DNA of 64,000 nucleotides from an uncultured bacterium (GTDB lineage Bacteria; Verrucomicrobiota; Verrucomicrobiia; Limisphaerales; UBA8199): the NCBI GenBank assembly GCA_963749495.1, contig CAVVMW010000010.1, positions 512,001 through 576,000 on the forward strand. Direction: 5' to 3'. The translations under genes and the position numbers were made by a program. Under the pieces are notes generated by a model. That model saw only the letters and a list, made by a program, of their open reading frames with translations, made no database searches and had not been told where the DNA came from. Within the stretch, counting starts at the first letter, position 1; each line of letters starts with the position of its first letter. Shown here in pieces: positions 22,501 through 33,651 of this stretch.

Positions 22501-25207
22501 ATCCTCAATGAGGACGTTTCGGTGTACCGCCAGCCTTTGCAGGACCAAATCTTCAGCTTGATTGCCTCCGGCATCGAAGCCCAGATGCTCGACAAGCCGG
22601 GCGGCATCTTTGTCCGGCGCCTGGACCAGGTCTCCAGTGAAGACCACGTGCTGCTCCAATCGGTCGCGCGCCTGGTCCTCGCGGATGAAAACGGGACGTT
22701 GACCGAACAACTGGAACGACCCAGTCTCCCTGAACCGGTCATCCCTTTGCTCACGCCGGCCCGCTCCCCGGCGCGCGAGTTGCCCAAGCCGCTCCCGCCG
22801 CGGGAAACGCTTTTTCATAATGGGCTGGGCGGTTTTGCCCCTGACGGACGTGAATATGTCATTACGTTGTCAGCGGACCAGGCAACTCCCGCCCCCTGGG
22901 TGAACGTGCTGGCCAATCCCTATTTCGGGACGGTCGTTTCCGAGAGCGGCAGCGCCTACACCTGGGTCGAAAATTGCCACGAGTTTCGCCTGACGCCCTG
23001 GAACAATGATCCCGTCACCGATGACACCGGTGAGGCCTTTTACCTCCGGGATGAGCAGACGGGGCAATTTTGGTCTCCCACCCCGCTGCCTGCCCGCGGC
23101 GCAACACCTTATGTCATCCGTCACGGCTTCGGCTATTCCGTGTTCGAGCACACCGAGAACGGCATCGCTTCCGAGTTGACCCTTTACGTGGCCATGGACG
23201 CGCCCGTGAAGTTCGCGGTCCTCAAACTGCGCAACGTCTCCGGGCGACCGCGCCAACTCTCCGTCACCGGCTACTGGGAATGGGTGCTGGGAGAGTTGCG
23301 CCATCAAGAGCCTGCTGCACGTGCAGACCGAGGTGGACCCGAAAACCGGCGCCCTGCTGGCGCGCAATCCTTTCAACACCGAGTTCGCCGAACGCATCGC
23401 TTTCGTGGACGTGAGTGATCCCGCACGAGCCGTCACCGGGGATCGGAGGGAGTTCCTCGGCCGAAATGGAAGCCTTTCCAACCCAAGGGCCCTCAAGCGG
23501 ACGCGGCTTTCAGGAAAAACCGGAGCGGGCTTGGACCCTTGCGGCGCGGTGCAAGTGGCTCTTGATTTGGCCGCCGGGCAGCAACGGGAAACCAGCTTCC
23601 GCCTCGGGGTGGGGCGCAGCGTCGCTGAAGTTCAAACCCTCATCCGCCGCTTCCGCCCCGCTGAGGCCGGCCGTGACGCCCTGGAAGGAACCCGGCAATA
23701 TTGGGGCCGTACGCTCGGCGCAGTGCAGGTCGAAACACCCGATCCCTCCGTCAATGTGCTGGCCAACGGCTGGCTGTTGTATCAGACCTTGAGCAGCCGC
23801 CTGTGGGCCCGCACCGGGTTCTATCAATCCGGCGGGGCCTTCGGTTTCCGCGACCAGTTGCAGGATGTGATGGCGCTGGTCCATGCCGAGCCGGCCCTCG
23901 CCCGCGAGCACCTCTTGCGCGCCGCGGCGCATCAGTTCCTCGAAGGCGACGTGCAGCATTGGTGGCACCCCCCCGCCGGTCGCGGCGTCCGCACGCATTT
24001 CTCGGATGACTATCTGTGGCTGCCTTACGCCACCTGCCGCTACGTCGCCTGCGTTGCCGACACCGGCGTGCTCGACGAGTCCATTCCCTTCCTCGAAGGC
24101 CGTCCCCTCAAACCGGAGGAGGAATCCTGCTATGACCTGCCCCATCGCTCCGAAGGGCCGGCCACCCTGTATCAACATTGCGTCCGCGCCATCGAACACG
24201 CGCTCAAGTTCGGCCAGCATGGCCTGCCGCTCATGGGTTGCGGCGACTGGAACGACGGCATGAACCTGGTGGGCAGAGAGGGGCGCGGCGAGAGCGTCTG
24301 GCTGGGTTTCTTCCTCTACGACGTGCTGACCCAATTTGCGGAGTTGGCGCGCCGGCGCAACGACACTGCCTTTGCCGAGCAGTGCCTCGCCCAAGCCCAT
24401 CAACTCCAACAGAACCTCGAGCAACACGCCTGGGACGGCCAATGGTATCGCCGCGCCTACTTCGACAACGGACAACCCCTTGGCTCCCAAACCAATCCAG
24501 AATGTCAAATCGATTCCCTGCCCCAAAGCTGGGCGGTCATCAGCCGCGCCGGCAATCCCCAGCGCGCCCGCCAGGCCATGCAAGCCGTGGACGAGCGCCT
24601 CGTCCGCCGCAACGCCGGGTTAATCCAGTTGTTCGATCCCCCTTTCGATCACTCCTCCCTTAATCCGGGCTACATCAAAGGCTACTTCCCCGGGGTGCGC
24701 GAAAATGGCGGCCAATACACTCATGCCGCTGTATGGACCGCCATGGCCTTTGCGCTGATGGGAGATACCGACCGGGCCTGGGACCTCTTCGCCCTCCTCA
24801 ATCCCCTCCGCCACGGCGCCACCCCAAGCCAAATCGCGACCTACAAAGTCGAACCCTACGTCATAGCGGGGGACGTCTATGCCGTCGCGCCCCACACCGG
24901 CCGTGGCGGTTGGACTTGGTACACCGGCTCCGCCGGTTGGATGTATCGGCTCCTGCTCGAAACCCTGCTCGGCGTGAACCTGGAAGGCAATCAACTGCGC
25001 CTGACTCCCAGCCTTCCGAAGACCTGGAGCACGTTCAGCCTCCACTACCGCTATCGGCAAACCCCTTACCACATTCGCATCACTAAGCTCCGCGCCGCCT
25101 CTCCTGGGGGCAGCCGGTTATCCCTCGACGGTCAGCCGCTCGCTGGTAATATCATCCCCTTGCTTGACGACCACCGTGAGCATTCCGTGGAAATGCAAGT
25201 CGCTTAG
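16534..25207 (+). CDS. ndvB: Cyclic beta-1,2-glucan synthase (Cgs/NdvB/ChvB: GT84, cyclase, GH94 phosphorylase); frameshift near 23306
   Basis: AAEWLLDNFY, WMGYERKRGKL, SHDLIE, RRHRWIRGDWQ, YDLLASEAR, SWSGSMFEYLMP, QSGGAFGFRDQLQD, GDWNDGMN, GVRENGGQYTH, WYTGSAGW. Confidence 0.93.
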
Positions 25208-25244
25208 CTGATGCCTGTTTTTTGCGTCTCTTGCGCTTTTTCGC

Positions 25245-26043
25245 TCGCAGCCCATAAGGCTGCCAGTCCAGCCGGTGGAAGTCCGGCGATGGTAACTGAC
25301 GATGAACCATACAGTGATAACCGACACGGGAAGGGGCGACCCGACCCGCGAAAGCTCGGTCGTAAAAGTCCTGGCCGGAGCAGGGCGAGCAACACCTCCA
25401 GGCCGTAGCATAAAGCGAAAGCTGCAGCTTCGTTACGCTACCCACGGGTTCCGGATTCGTGGGATTTGTGACTGCCGAACCGGTGCGAAAACGGCGAAGG
25501 CACAACCAACGATGAAGGCATCGTCGCAGGCAATCGTTGGAGTCACCGGAGTACGGGCGGCGGCATGGGGTGAAAGGACTGGCAGAGTAAATTGGGGACC
25601 CTCTGGGGCTGGCGGGTTGGTCCCGCAGCCTGGCGGAATAATGCATAAGCCGCTGGGTGGCCAACAGAGGCGCACATGTGGCCATAGTAAGCGACGAGCC
25701 GACCGGACAGCACAACCGGTTGGGGAGCCAAGGGCCACTGGACCCGCGGTCGTGGTCAGAGGTTCTCGGTGCCGCTTGGACGCAAGTCCGACTACGGAAC
25801 AAACGCCGGGGACGGAGATACCGACAGTGACGGCCTATAAGCGGGCGGTAGCATACCCGCGAAGGTGGCCGTGGCGTCAGGCGGGTTTGAAGCCGGTACT
25901 GGGGAAAACCCACCGTACGGAATTTTAGAGGGGGCAGAGGAAACGAAGTGGATGGCTTGATGACCGTTTGCCACGATGCCCGAAAGGGCCGATACATTGG
26001 AAGTCATTGGCCTAATCATGTTCGCGCCTCTGCTCTACTCGAT
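25245..26043 (+). mobile_element. ORF-less group II intron, copy 1 (799 nt)
   Basis: DV-like GAAGCCG(G)TACTGGGGAAAACCCACCGTACGG; DVI stem GGGGGCAGAGG/CCTCTGCTCT with bulged A 7 nt from the 3' end ...CTACTCGAT; DIII-like GGCCATAGTAAGCGACGA...GGAGCCAAGGGCC; short DIV without RT. Confidence 0.85.
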
Positions 26044-26841
26044 TCGCAGCCCATAAGGCTGCCAGTCCAGCCGGTGGAAGTCCGGCGATGGTAACTGACG
26101 ATGAACCATACAGTGATAACCGACGCGGGAAGGGGCGACCCGACCCGCGAAAGCTCGGTCGTAAAAGTCCTGGCCGGAGCAGGGCGAGCAACACCTCCAG
26201 GCCGTAGCATAAAGCGAAAGCTGCAGCTTCGTTACGCTACCCACGGGTTCCGGATTCGTGGGATTTGTGACTGCCGAACCGGTGCGAAAACGGCGAAGGC
26301 ACAACCAACGATGAAGGCATCGTCGCAGGCAATCGTTGGAGTCACCGGAGTACGGGCGGCGGCATGGGGTGAAAGGACTGGCAGAGTAAATTGGGGACCC
26401 TCTGGGGCTGGCGGGTTGGTCCCGCAGCCTGGCGGAATAATGCATAAGCCGCTGGGTGGCCAACAGAGGCGCACATGTGGCCATAGTAAGCGACGAGCCG
26501 ACCGGACAGCATAACCGGTTGGGGAGCCAAGGGCCACTGGACCCGCGGTCGTGGTCAGAGGTTCTCGGTGCCGCTTGGACGCAAGTCCGACTACGGAACA
26601 AACGCCGGGGACGGAGATACCGACAGTGACGGCCTATAAGCGGGCGGTAGCACGCCCGCGAAGGTGGCCGTGGCGTCAGGCGGGTTTGAAGCCGTACTGG
26701 GGAAAACCCACCGTACGGAATTTTAGAGGGGGCAGAGGAAACGAAGTGGATGGCTTGATGACCGTTTGCCACGATGCCCGAAAGGGCCGATACATTGGAA
26801 GTCATTGGCCTAATCATGTTCGCGCCTCTGCTCTACTCGAT
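26044..26841 (+). mobile_element. ORF-less group II intron, copy 2 (798 nt), directly head-to-tail with copy 1
   Basis: Near-identical to copy 1; junction ...CTACTCGAT|TCGCAGCCC. Confidence 0.85.
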
Positions 26842-26850
26842 GTATTCCGC

Positions 26851-27537
26851 TCGCAGCCCATAAGGCTGCCAGTCCAGCCGGTGGAAGTCCGGCGATGGTA
26901 ACTGACGATGAACCATACAGTGATAACCGACGCGGGAAGGGGCGACCCGACCCGCGAAAGCTCGGTCGTAAAAGTCCTGGCCGGAGCAGGGCGAGCAACA
27001 CCTCCAGGCCGTAGCATAAAGCGAAAGCTGCAGCTTCGTTACGTTACCCACGGGTTCCGGATTCGTGGGATTTGTGACTGCCGAACCGGTGCGAAAACGG
27101 CGAAGGCACAACCAACGATGAAGGCATCGTCGCAGGCAATCGTTGGAGTCACCGGAGTACGGGCGGCGGCATGGGGTGAAAGGACTGGCAGAGTAAATTG
27201 GGGACCCTCTGGGGCTGGCGGGTTGGCCCCGCAGCCTGGCGGAATAATGCATAAGCCGCTGGGTGGCCAACAGAGGCGCACATGTGGCCATAGTAAGCGA
27301 CGAGCCGACCGGACAGCACAACCGGTTGGGGAGCCAAGGGCCACTGGACCCGCGGTCGTGGTCAGAAGTTCTCGGTGCCGCTTGGACGCAAGTCCGACTA
27401 CGGAACAACCGCCGGGGACGGAGATACCGACGGTGACGGCCTATAAGCGGGCGGTAGCACGCCCGCGAAGGTGGCCGTGGCGTCAGGCGGGTTTGAAGCC
27501 GGTACCTGGGGAAAACCCACGGTACGGAATTTTAGAG
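26851..27537 (+). mobile_element. ORF-less group II intron, copy 3, cut after DV by an IS; DVI absent
   Basis: Separated from copy 2 by GTATTCCGC; ends at ...GGAATTTTAGAG|CTGAC (IS left end). Confidence 0.8.
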
Positions 27538-29565
27538 CTGACATTTTGGCGATAATTTGCGTAAGGTTTTGCCGCTGTAGTTGGTGGTTTTGCGCTAGAT
27601 TCGCTTGGTTTTGTCTTTGGGAGGCGCCTAAATCTCAGTTGGCCGATTCTCCGGGGTGAGGTTGGGGATGACCCTCTGGGCCGAATGGCGCCTACACAAG
27701 CCCTAGAACCTTTTTGCTGAGTTGCTTGCGGCGCTTTGGATTGGGGAGAGAGGTGAAGAGCTCCTCCCGGCTGAGGCGTTGCATCTGGCGGAGAGTTTCC
27801 TGGAGAGTGCGCCAATTAGCAATCGCCTGCTTAAGCCACTCATACTGCTCCTTGGACAAAGCGACGCAAATGGTCTTGGCTTTGACTTTGCGGGTCCACG
27901 CATAGCAGGCGCTCCCAGCTCCTAGTCTCCGAGCTTGAACATAGCCTTCGCTAATCCACCCGGCGTTGGCCAGTCGAACTCGAAGCCGGGCGTATTCCTT
28001 TTGGCGGGCGGAGGCTGACGAGATGTTTTGTGTTTGCATGAATAAAAAGAGTAGCAGGCGTGTCAATATTTAGGTATATATACCTTAATATGCAGGCAAA
28101 AACCAAAGCTTCCGCTTCCAAACCCCAAACCCAGAGGGGCGACCGCCAGCCCCGTTCCTATACCCCCTTGTCCGATGCCCTCAGTCAACCCTTGACCTTC
28201 GTCGACACCGAACTGGCCGAGGGCATTCAGCGTCACTCCCTGGTCGGGTTGCTGGCCGCAGCCATGAGCCGCAAGCGCCGCTCCGATGGAGAGCCCCTGG
28301 TCAATGTGCTTTGTGCCCTGTTGGTGTGGCCGCTCTTGAAAGTCAAATCGCTCCACTGCTTTTGCGCCGAACTGTGCCAGATCCTGGCCGGCCACGTCAG
28401 CGTGCTCTACGATTTGCTGGGCCGGGAGGACATCAACTGGCGCGGTTTGTCCAGCGAACTGGCCTGGCGGGTCCATCAAGACAACGAACTGGGTCCACGC
28501 TCCCAGCGCGCCTTTGTGGTCGATGACACCAGCCAGGCCCGTGCGGGCCGCAAGGTCGAAGGCACCAGTTGCTACTACGACCATACCCAGGGCCGCAACC
28601 GGAAGGGACACCAAGTGCTGCAACTGGGGCTGGCCGGAGAAAAGGGATTCCTGCCGGTGGAGGCCCAGATCGTCATGGGGGAAAAGTGTGCCGTTGATAA
28701 GCCCAAGGACAAACCCTTCCACGACCAGCGCAGTTCGGCCGCGCGGGATCTGCGCCGGGCCAAGACGCAAACCAAACACCAACTGTTCCGGGACATGCTC
28801 CAGCGCGCTCTGCGGGCCGGCTTTAGCGCCTGGTATGTCTTGAGCGACGCGTGGTTCGGGTGCAAGGAGAACATTCTCTGCTGCCTGGAGAACAAGCTGG
28901 TCGGCATCTTTCAAATGAAGCGCGGCAATTTGGCGTATGAGTACCCGAGGCCGCAGCTACACCGCCAGCCAGTTGTATACGCTGGTCCAGCGACGGATGC
29001 GGCCCAGCAATCACCGGGCCCGATATAAGACGGCCAGCCTTGTCGTGAGCCTCAACCTGGCGACGGAGCCCAGCCAACCCGCCCATTGGGTCGAGGTGCG
29101 CCTGGTCTTCAGCGCTCCGGTTCGCGCACGCTCCGCCGACACCTGGGTCGTCTTTCTCTGCACGGACGTGACGCTGAGCGACGCCAAAATCCTGGAAGTC
29201 TACGCGCTCCGTTGGTCGATCGAGGTTTACTTTAAGGAGATCAAACAGAACCTCGGTTTCTTGAAGGAACAGAGCGGACGTTATCAGTTGGCTTACGCCT
29301 CCGTGCATCTGGCCGCCTTGCGTTATCTGCTCCTCTTTGAGGCGATGCTCCGCAGTGGGCAGTTGAGCTACGGGCAAATTCGGGATCGGGAAAGCGGGCG
29401 CTTGCAGACCCTCACTTACGCCGCCTTGCTCTGGCACCTGTTTCGCGCACTCATTGAAGGAGCGCTCGAAGGGCTGGTAAGAGATTTGGGCCGGAAGGTT
29501 GTTCGAAGGGTCTTAACCACAATTGACCAGACCGTGGAGGCATTTCTCAATGACGCCTTACAAAT
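27538..29565 (+). mobile_element. Second copy of the 2.1-kb IS, right end missing; transposase frameshifted near 28945
   Basis: Same left TIR and passenger ORF (27692-28039, minus). Identity to copy 1 ends at ...GCCTTACAAAT (29565). No right TIR or TSD. Confidence 0.88.
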
Positions 29566-30741
29566 CTGATGGAGAAAACGTATGCAAAAGTCATTCGCAG
29601 TCGTAGTCGGCAGCATCCTGGTTGCTTTCAACGCGGCAGCCAGCTCCCCTATTCCTCTCGGTCGCATCGCCTTTTCGACCACCGGAAATCCCTACCAGAT
29701 CCAGATCGTGGATACCTCCAGCGGGACCATCTCAATTGTTCCGCTCCCGGGCGCGATTCCGCTCCTTTCCAGACCAAGCTGGACGCCCGACGACCAGTGG
29801 ATTGTTTTTGCTGGTGGCCCAGGGGGCAACAGCCAGGTTTACACTGTGCGGCCGGATGGGACTGGGCTTCGACGCATCACGGACGGCAGCGGGGACCTCG
29901 TGGAGCCTGCAATATCCCCAGATGGAAGCCGGATTGCCTACCACCAGGTTTATGGGGATGCGCACGTGATAAACCTCGATGGCACAAGCCAAAGGGACCT
30001 CGGCTTTCTATTGGGGGATCTGTCCTGGTCGCCGGACGGGGGTTATTTGGTGGGCTCAGACTGGGCAGAGGGCGGGGGGTACAACAGTGATCTCTGGATC
30101 TACAGCTTCGCCACCGGGCTCAGGACGAAGATCACGAATCGGCCCGACGGCACGGCGTTTACCTGGCCCGCTTGGTCCCCCGACGGCGCCCACATCGCGG
30201 CTTCCTTTCTTACAAATAATCAGTGGGACATTGTGGTAATGAACGCCGACGGCTCTGGCATTGCGAACCTGACGGGGGATTGGCCCTCGGATGAATACAC
30301 TCCATCATGGACCCCGGACGGGCAGTTTGTTCTGTTTGCATCGACACACGGGGGCGATCAAGACATTTGGGCCATGAAACCAGACGGCACCGGTCGGACA
30401 AACCTGACCCCGGCTGCGACTCAGCCGGAGTCCTGCCCCGCAATGGCCAGGTTGGTCAACCTGAACGCCGGGCTGGTGGCTTACTATCCCTTCAACGGAA
30501 ACGCAAACGACGTTGTGGGGACAAACAATGGCATCGTCTATGGAGGGGTTACCCCGACGCAGGATCGCTTTGGCAACCCAAGTAGCGCCTGTCATTTTGA
30601 TGGTGCCACCGGATACATTTGGATCGGGACAGGTTTGCGTCCTAGCAATATCACCGCATGCGTCTGGTTCAGGACGACCCCAGACATTAACGGTCTCCCG
30701 CCCCCCAACGGCACAGAAATGATCATTCGCGACCGCCTGTA

Positions 30742-31829
30742 CTACTCCGTCATTGGGATTGACTACAGACTTCTAGTGTGCTAAGCTTCCGGCGCAATGA
30801 AAATCGATGGCCGGACATTGGACCACAAGACCCTTGAGCATTTGCGAATCAGCGCCTGCAAGCGGGTGCTAGAGGATGGGGAGGTGCCTTCCGTGGTGGC
30901 GGCTTCCCTGGGCTTTTGCCGCACTAGCATCTATCCGTGGCTCCGACGTGTGTGGGACGAGGGATGGGAAGCCTTGGCCGAGAAGATCGCTGAGGGCCCG
31001 GATCCGAAGCTCAGCGAGGAGCAACGCCAGAGAGTCAAGCGGTGGATCGTCGGCAAGGACCCCCGCCAGTACGGCTTTGATTTTGGTCTGTGGACCCGCC
31101 GCATCGTCCAAACGATGATTCAGAAGAAATTCAAGGTCGAACTGTGCCTCACATCGGCGGGTAAGTTGTTGGCGCAGTTAGACTTGACACCGCACAAGCC
31201 CTTGCGGCGGGCTTATGAACGGGACCCGGTGCGGATCGAACTATGGACGAAGGAGGAATTCCCGAAACTTAAGAAACGAGCCCGTAAACACGGGGCGAAG
31301 ATCTACTTTCTTGATGAGACGGGATTTACTTCGGAACCCAACCTGCGGCGGACCTATGGGTTGAAGGGCGGCAGAGCGGTGGTCGAGACCAGTGGCCAAC
31401 GGCAAAAGGTCAATGTGATCAGCGCCGTGAGTATGCAGGGTGCCTTTTGGTGCCAGGTCTACACTCACACGCTGAAGCAAGGGGACTTTATCACGCTCCT
31501 GAAGGACTTTATGCGTGGCCAACGAGCAAAGGTATTCCTGGTGCTGGATAGCCATCCGGCTCACATAGCCAATTCGGTCAAAGAGTATCTCCGGAGCACT
31601 AAAGGGCGGCTTGAGCTACATTTTCTGCCCCCTTACGCGCCCGATCTTAATCCCGATGAGTTCGTCTGGAACTACTTGAAGGGCAACGGCGTAGCCAAGA
31701 AGCCGCTCCTCCGGAACGAATCGCTCAAGGAGCGAGTGGAGGCCGATCTAGCCAAGCTCAAGAAAGACCGGGGGTTGCTGTGCTCTTTTTTTAAGGCCGA
31801 AAGTGTAGTCTATGTCAATGACTGAGTAG
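30742..31829 (+). mobile_element. IS630-family element (1088 bp), TA target duplication
   Basis: Imperfect TIRs CTACTCCGTCATTGGGATTGACTAC / GTAGTCTATGTCAATGACTGAGTAG flanked by TA at 30740-41 and 31830-31. Confidence 0.92.
30797..31825 (+). CDS. IS630 transposase
   Basis: FLDETG, LVLDSHPAH, LPPYAPDLNPDE; N-terminal HTH region with LWTRR. Confidence 0.95.
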   Translation: MKIDGRTLDHKTLEHLRISACKRVLEDGEVPSVVAASLGFCRTSIYPWLRRVWDEGWEALAEKIAEGPDPKLSEEQRQRVKRWIVGKDPRQYGFDFGLWTRRIVQTMIQKKFKVELCLTSAGKLLAQLDLTPHKPLRRAYERDPVRIELWTKEEFPKLKKRARKHGAKIYFLDETGFTSEPNLRRTYGLKGGRAVVETSGQRQKVNVISAVSMQGAFWCQVYTHTLKQGDFITLLKDFMRGQRAKVFLVLDSHPAHIANSVKEYLRSTKGRLELHFLPPYAPDLNPDEFVWNYLKGNGVAKKPLLRNESLKERVEADLAKLKKDRGLLCSFFKAESVVYVND

Positions 31830-33590
31830 TATGCCTGGGGGATTACTATGGATCTTCCCTGGGTGACAGGCGTACCCACCGGAGGCATCGAAGTTTACCC
31901 CTTCTACACAACAGCTACACCACCGGGAGTTGAGCCGTTCCTGGTGGCGACGCCGGAGCGAGATTATAGAGATGGAAACTGGCACTTCGCAGCGGTGACC
32001 TACGACGGCAACTGGTTGAAATTCTACGTTGACGGGAGTCTGATGGGATCGACGTTCTGGGCCCAGCCTTCTGGCATCGAATATTATTGGCCAGGAGGTT
32101 TGGCTATCGGCCGCGACGGCAACGGTGACCGCGGTTATTTCCCAGGTGATATTGACGACGTGCGCATTTACAATCGCGCGCTCGCTCCTGCGGAAATTGG
32201 TTACCTGTCCAACGGAGGAGCCCCGGCTGTTTCCGGGCAATTGGCTTATACGGTTCCTCCGGGCACGAATGGGTTTTGGATTTTGGACACCATCGTTCCC
32301 ACGAATTCCCTGTTCACTGCGCTGACAAATGGGTACGAGGTCCATGGGCCGGTTTGGTCACCAGACGGCCAGTGGGTCGTCTTCGATGCAAACTGGGACT
32401 CAATGCCCGGTGCGCAGATTTATGCTGCTCATCCGGATGGCACAGGAGCGCGGCGGGTGTCGAGGGGGAATGATTGCGTTGACCCGGACATCTCACCCGA
32501 CGGAGCAAGGATCGCGTACGAAGAGGTCGGCGGAGATTGTTTTATTATCAACCTCGATGGCACAGGACTGACCGATACTGGTTTCCGTTTGGGCCAGCCA
32601 AAGTGGACGCCGGACGGAGACCATATTCTTGCGGACAATTGGGCGCTCTCCTCCGACCCCTACCATAGCGACCTGTTCATCTATGACCTGAAAGCCAAGA
32701 CCACGAGTCAGATCACGTTCCACCGATCCGGGGAGGCGTTTAGTTGGCCGGCTGAGTCCCCAGATGGCAGGAAAATCGTGTGCGCGCACAGTCTCAACGA
32801 TTCGACCTCCCCGCAAATCTGTGTTATCAACTCGGACGGCTCGAATCCCGTGGATGTCACCTCGGATTGGACATCGGTTCAGGGAGTCCCGATTTGGTTG
32901 CCCGACGGCCGGTATATCCTGTTTCAGTCCAACCATGATGGCGATTACGACATCTGGGCCATGTGGCCTGACGGGAGTTGGCGTACGAACCTGACGCAGG
33001 GCTCAGGCTCTCATGAAAAGTTCAGCTTCCGTCTGTTGCCGCCGGCGATCCTCTTGCAACCGCTTTCCCAAGATTCCGTCGCCGGGGGCAGCGTGGCATT
33101 TTCGGTCAGCGCGACTGGCAGCGCGCCTCTTAATTTTCAGTGGCAATTCAACGGCGCCAGCATTCCCGGCGCCACCACCTCCGCCCTCGCCTTGACTGGA
33201 TTGTCCTCTGCCCAAACCGGCATATACCAAGTTCTAGTGAGCAACTCCTCAGGGTCCGTCACGAGCGCCCCCGCAGTGCTGTCGCTCCTCAGCGTCAGAA
33301 TGTACGCCGGGCTAACAATTATCGGTCCCACCAACCTGACTTATCAAATCCAGGCGAAAAACAACCTGAACGACGCCAGTTGGCTGATGCTTACCAACGT
33401 CGTCCTGAATGCGAGCCCCTATCTTTGGTTTGATTTGGATTCGCCGGCCTACCCGAAGCGCTTTTATCGGGCCGTGCCACAGCCGTAACGAGACTACCAC
33501 ATCGCGGTTATCGAAGAGCGCCTCGAAAGCTGGCCAAGGGCGAGGCTGCGGACCGAGTGAATGCATCTCAAATTGACATTGAGAACTTGA

Positions 33591-33634
33591 GCCCCGGCTG
33601 CCATCTCCCGGAGCAGCCGGGGCCATTGTTTTTT
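33591..33634 (+). terminator. Rho-independent terminator-like hairpin between convergent genes
   Basis: GCCCCGGCTGC-loop-GCAGCCGGGGC followed by CATTGTTTTTT. Confidence 0.55.
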
Positions 33635-33651
33635 CGGAAACTGATGCGTCT

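Larger units (their letters stand above)
29582..33488 (+). pseudogene. Exported TolB/PD40-propeller + LamG + PD40 + Ig protein with C-terminal ...RFYR domain, split by IS630
   Basis: WSPDG repeats; LVAYYPFNGNAND...DDVRIYNRAL (LamG). Removing the IS630 fuses 29582-30741 in frame with 31832-33488 (RDRLY-AWGITMDLP). Confidence 0.88.

Noticed and set aside
25245..27537. CRISPR array or DGR template/variable repeats
   Set aside because: Units are ~800 nt with no unique spacers, there are no cas or RT genes, and differences are not adenine-specific.
25152..27555. ORFs of 60-280 aa on both strands inside the 798-nt repeats as intron-encoded proteins
   Set aside because: No RT (YADD), maturase or nuclease motifs; frames are broken differently between copies.
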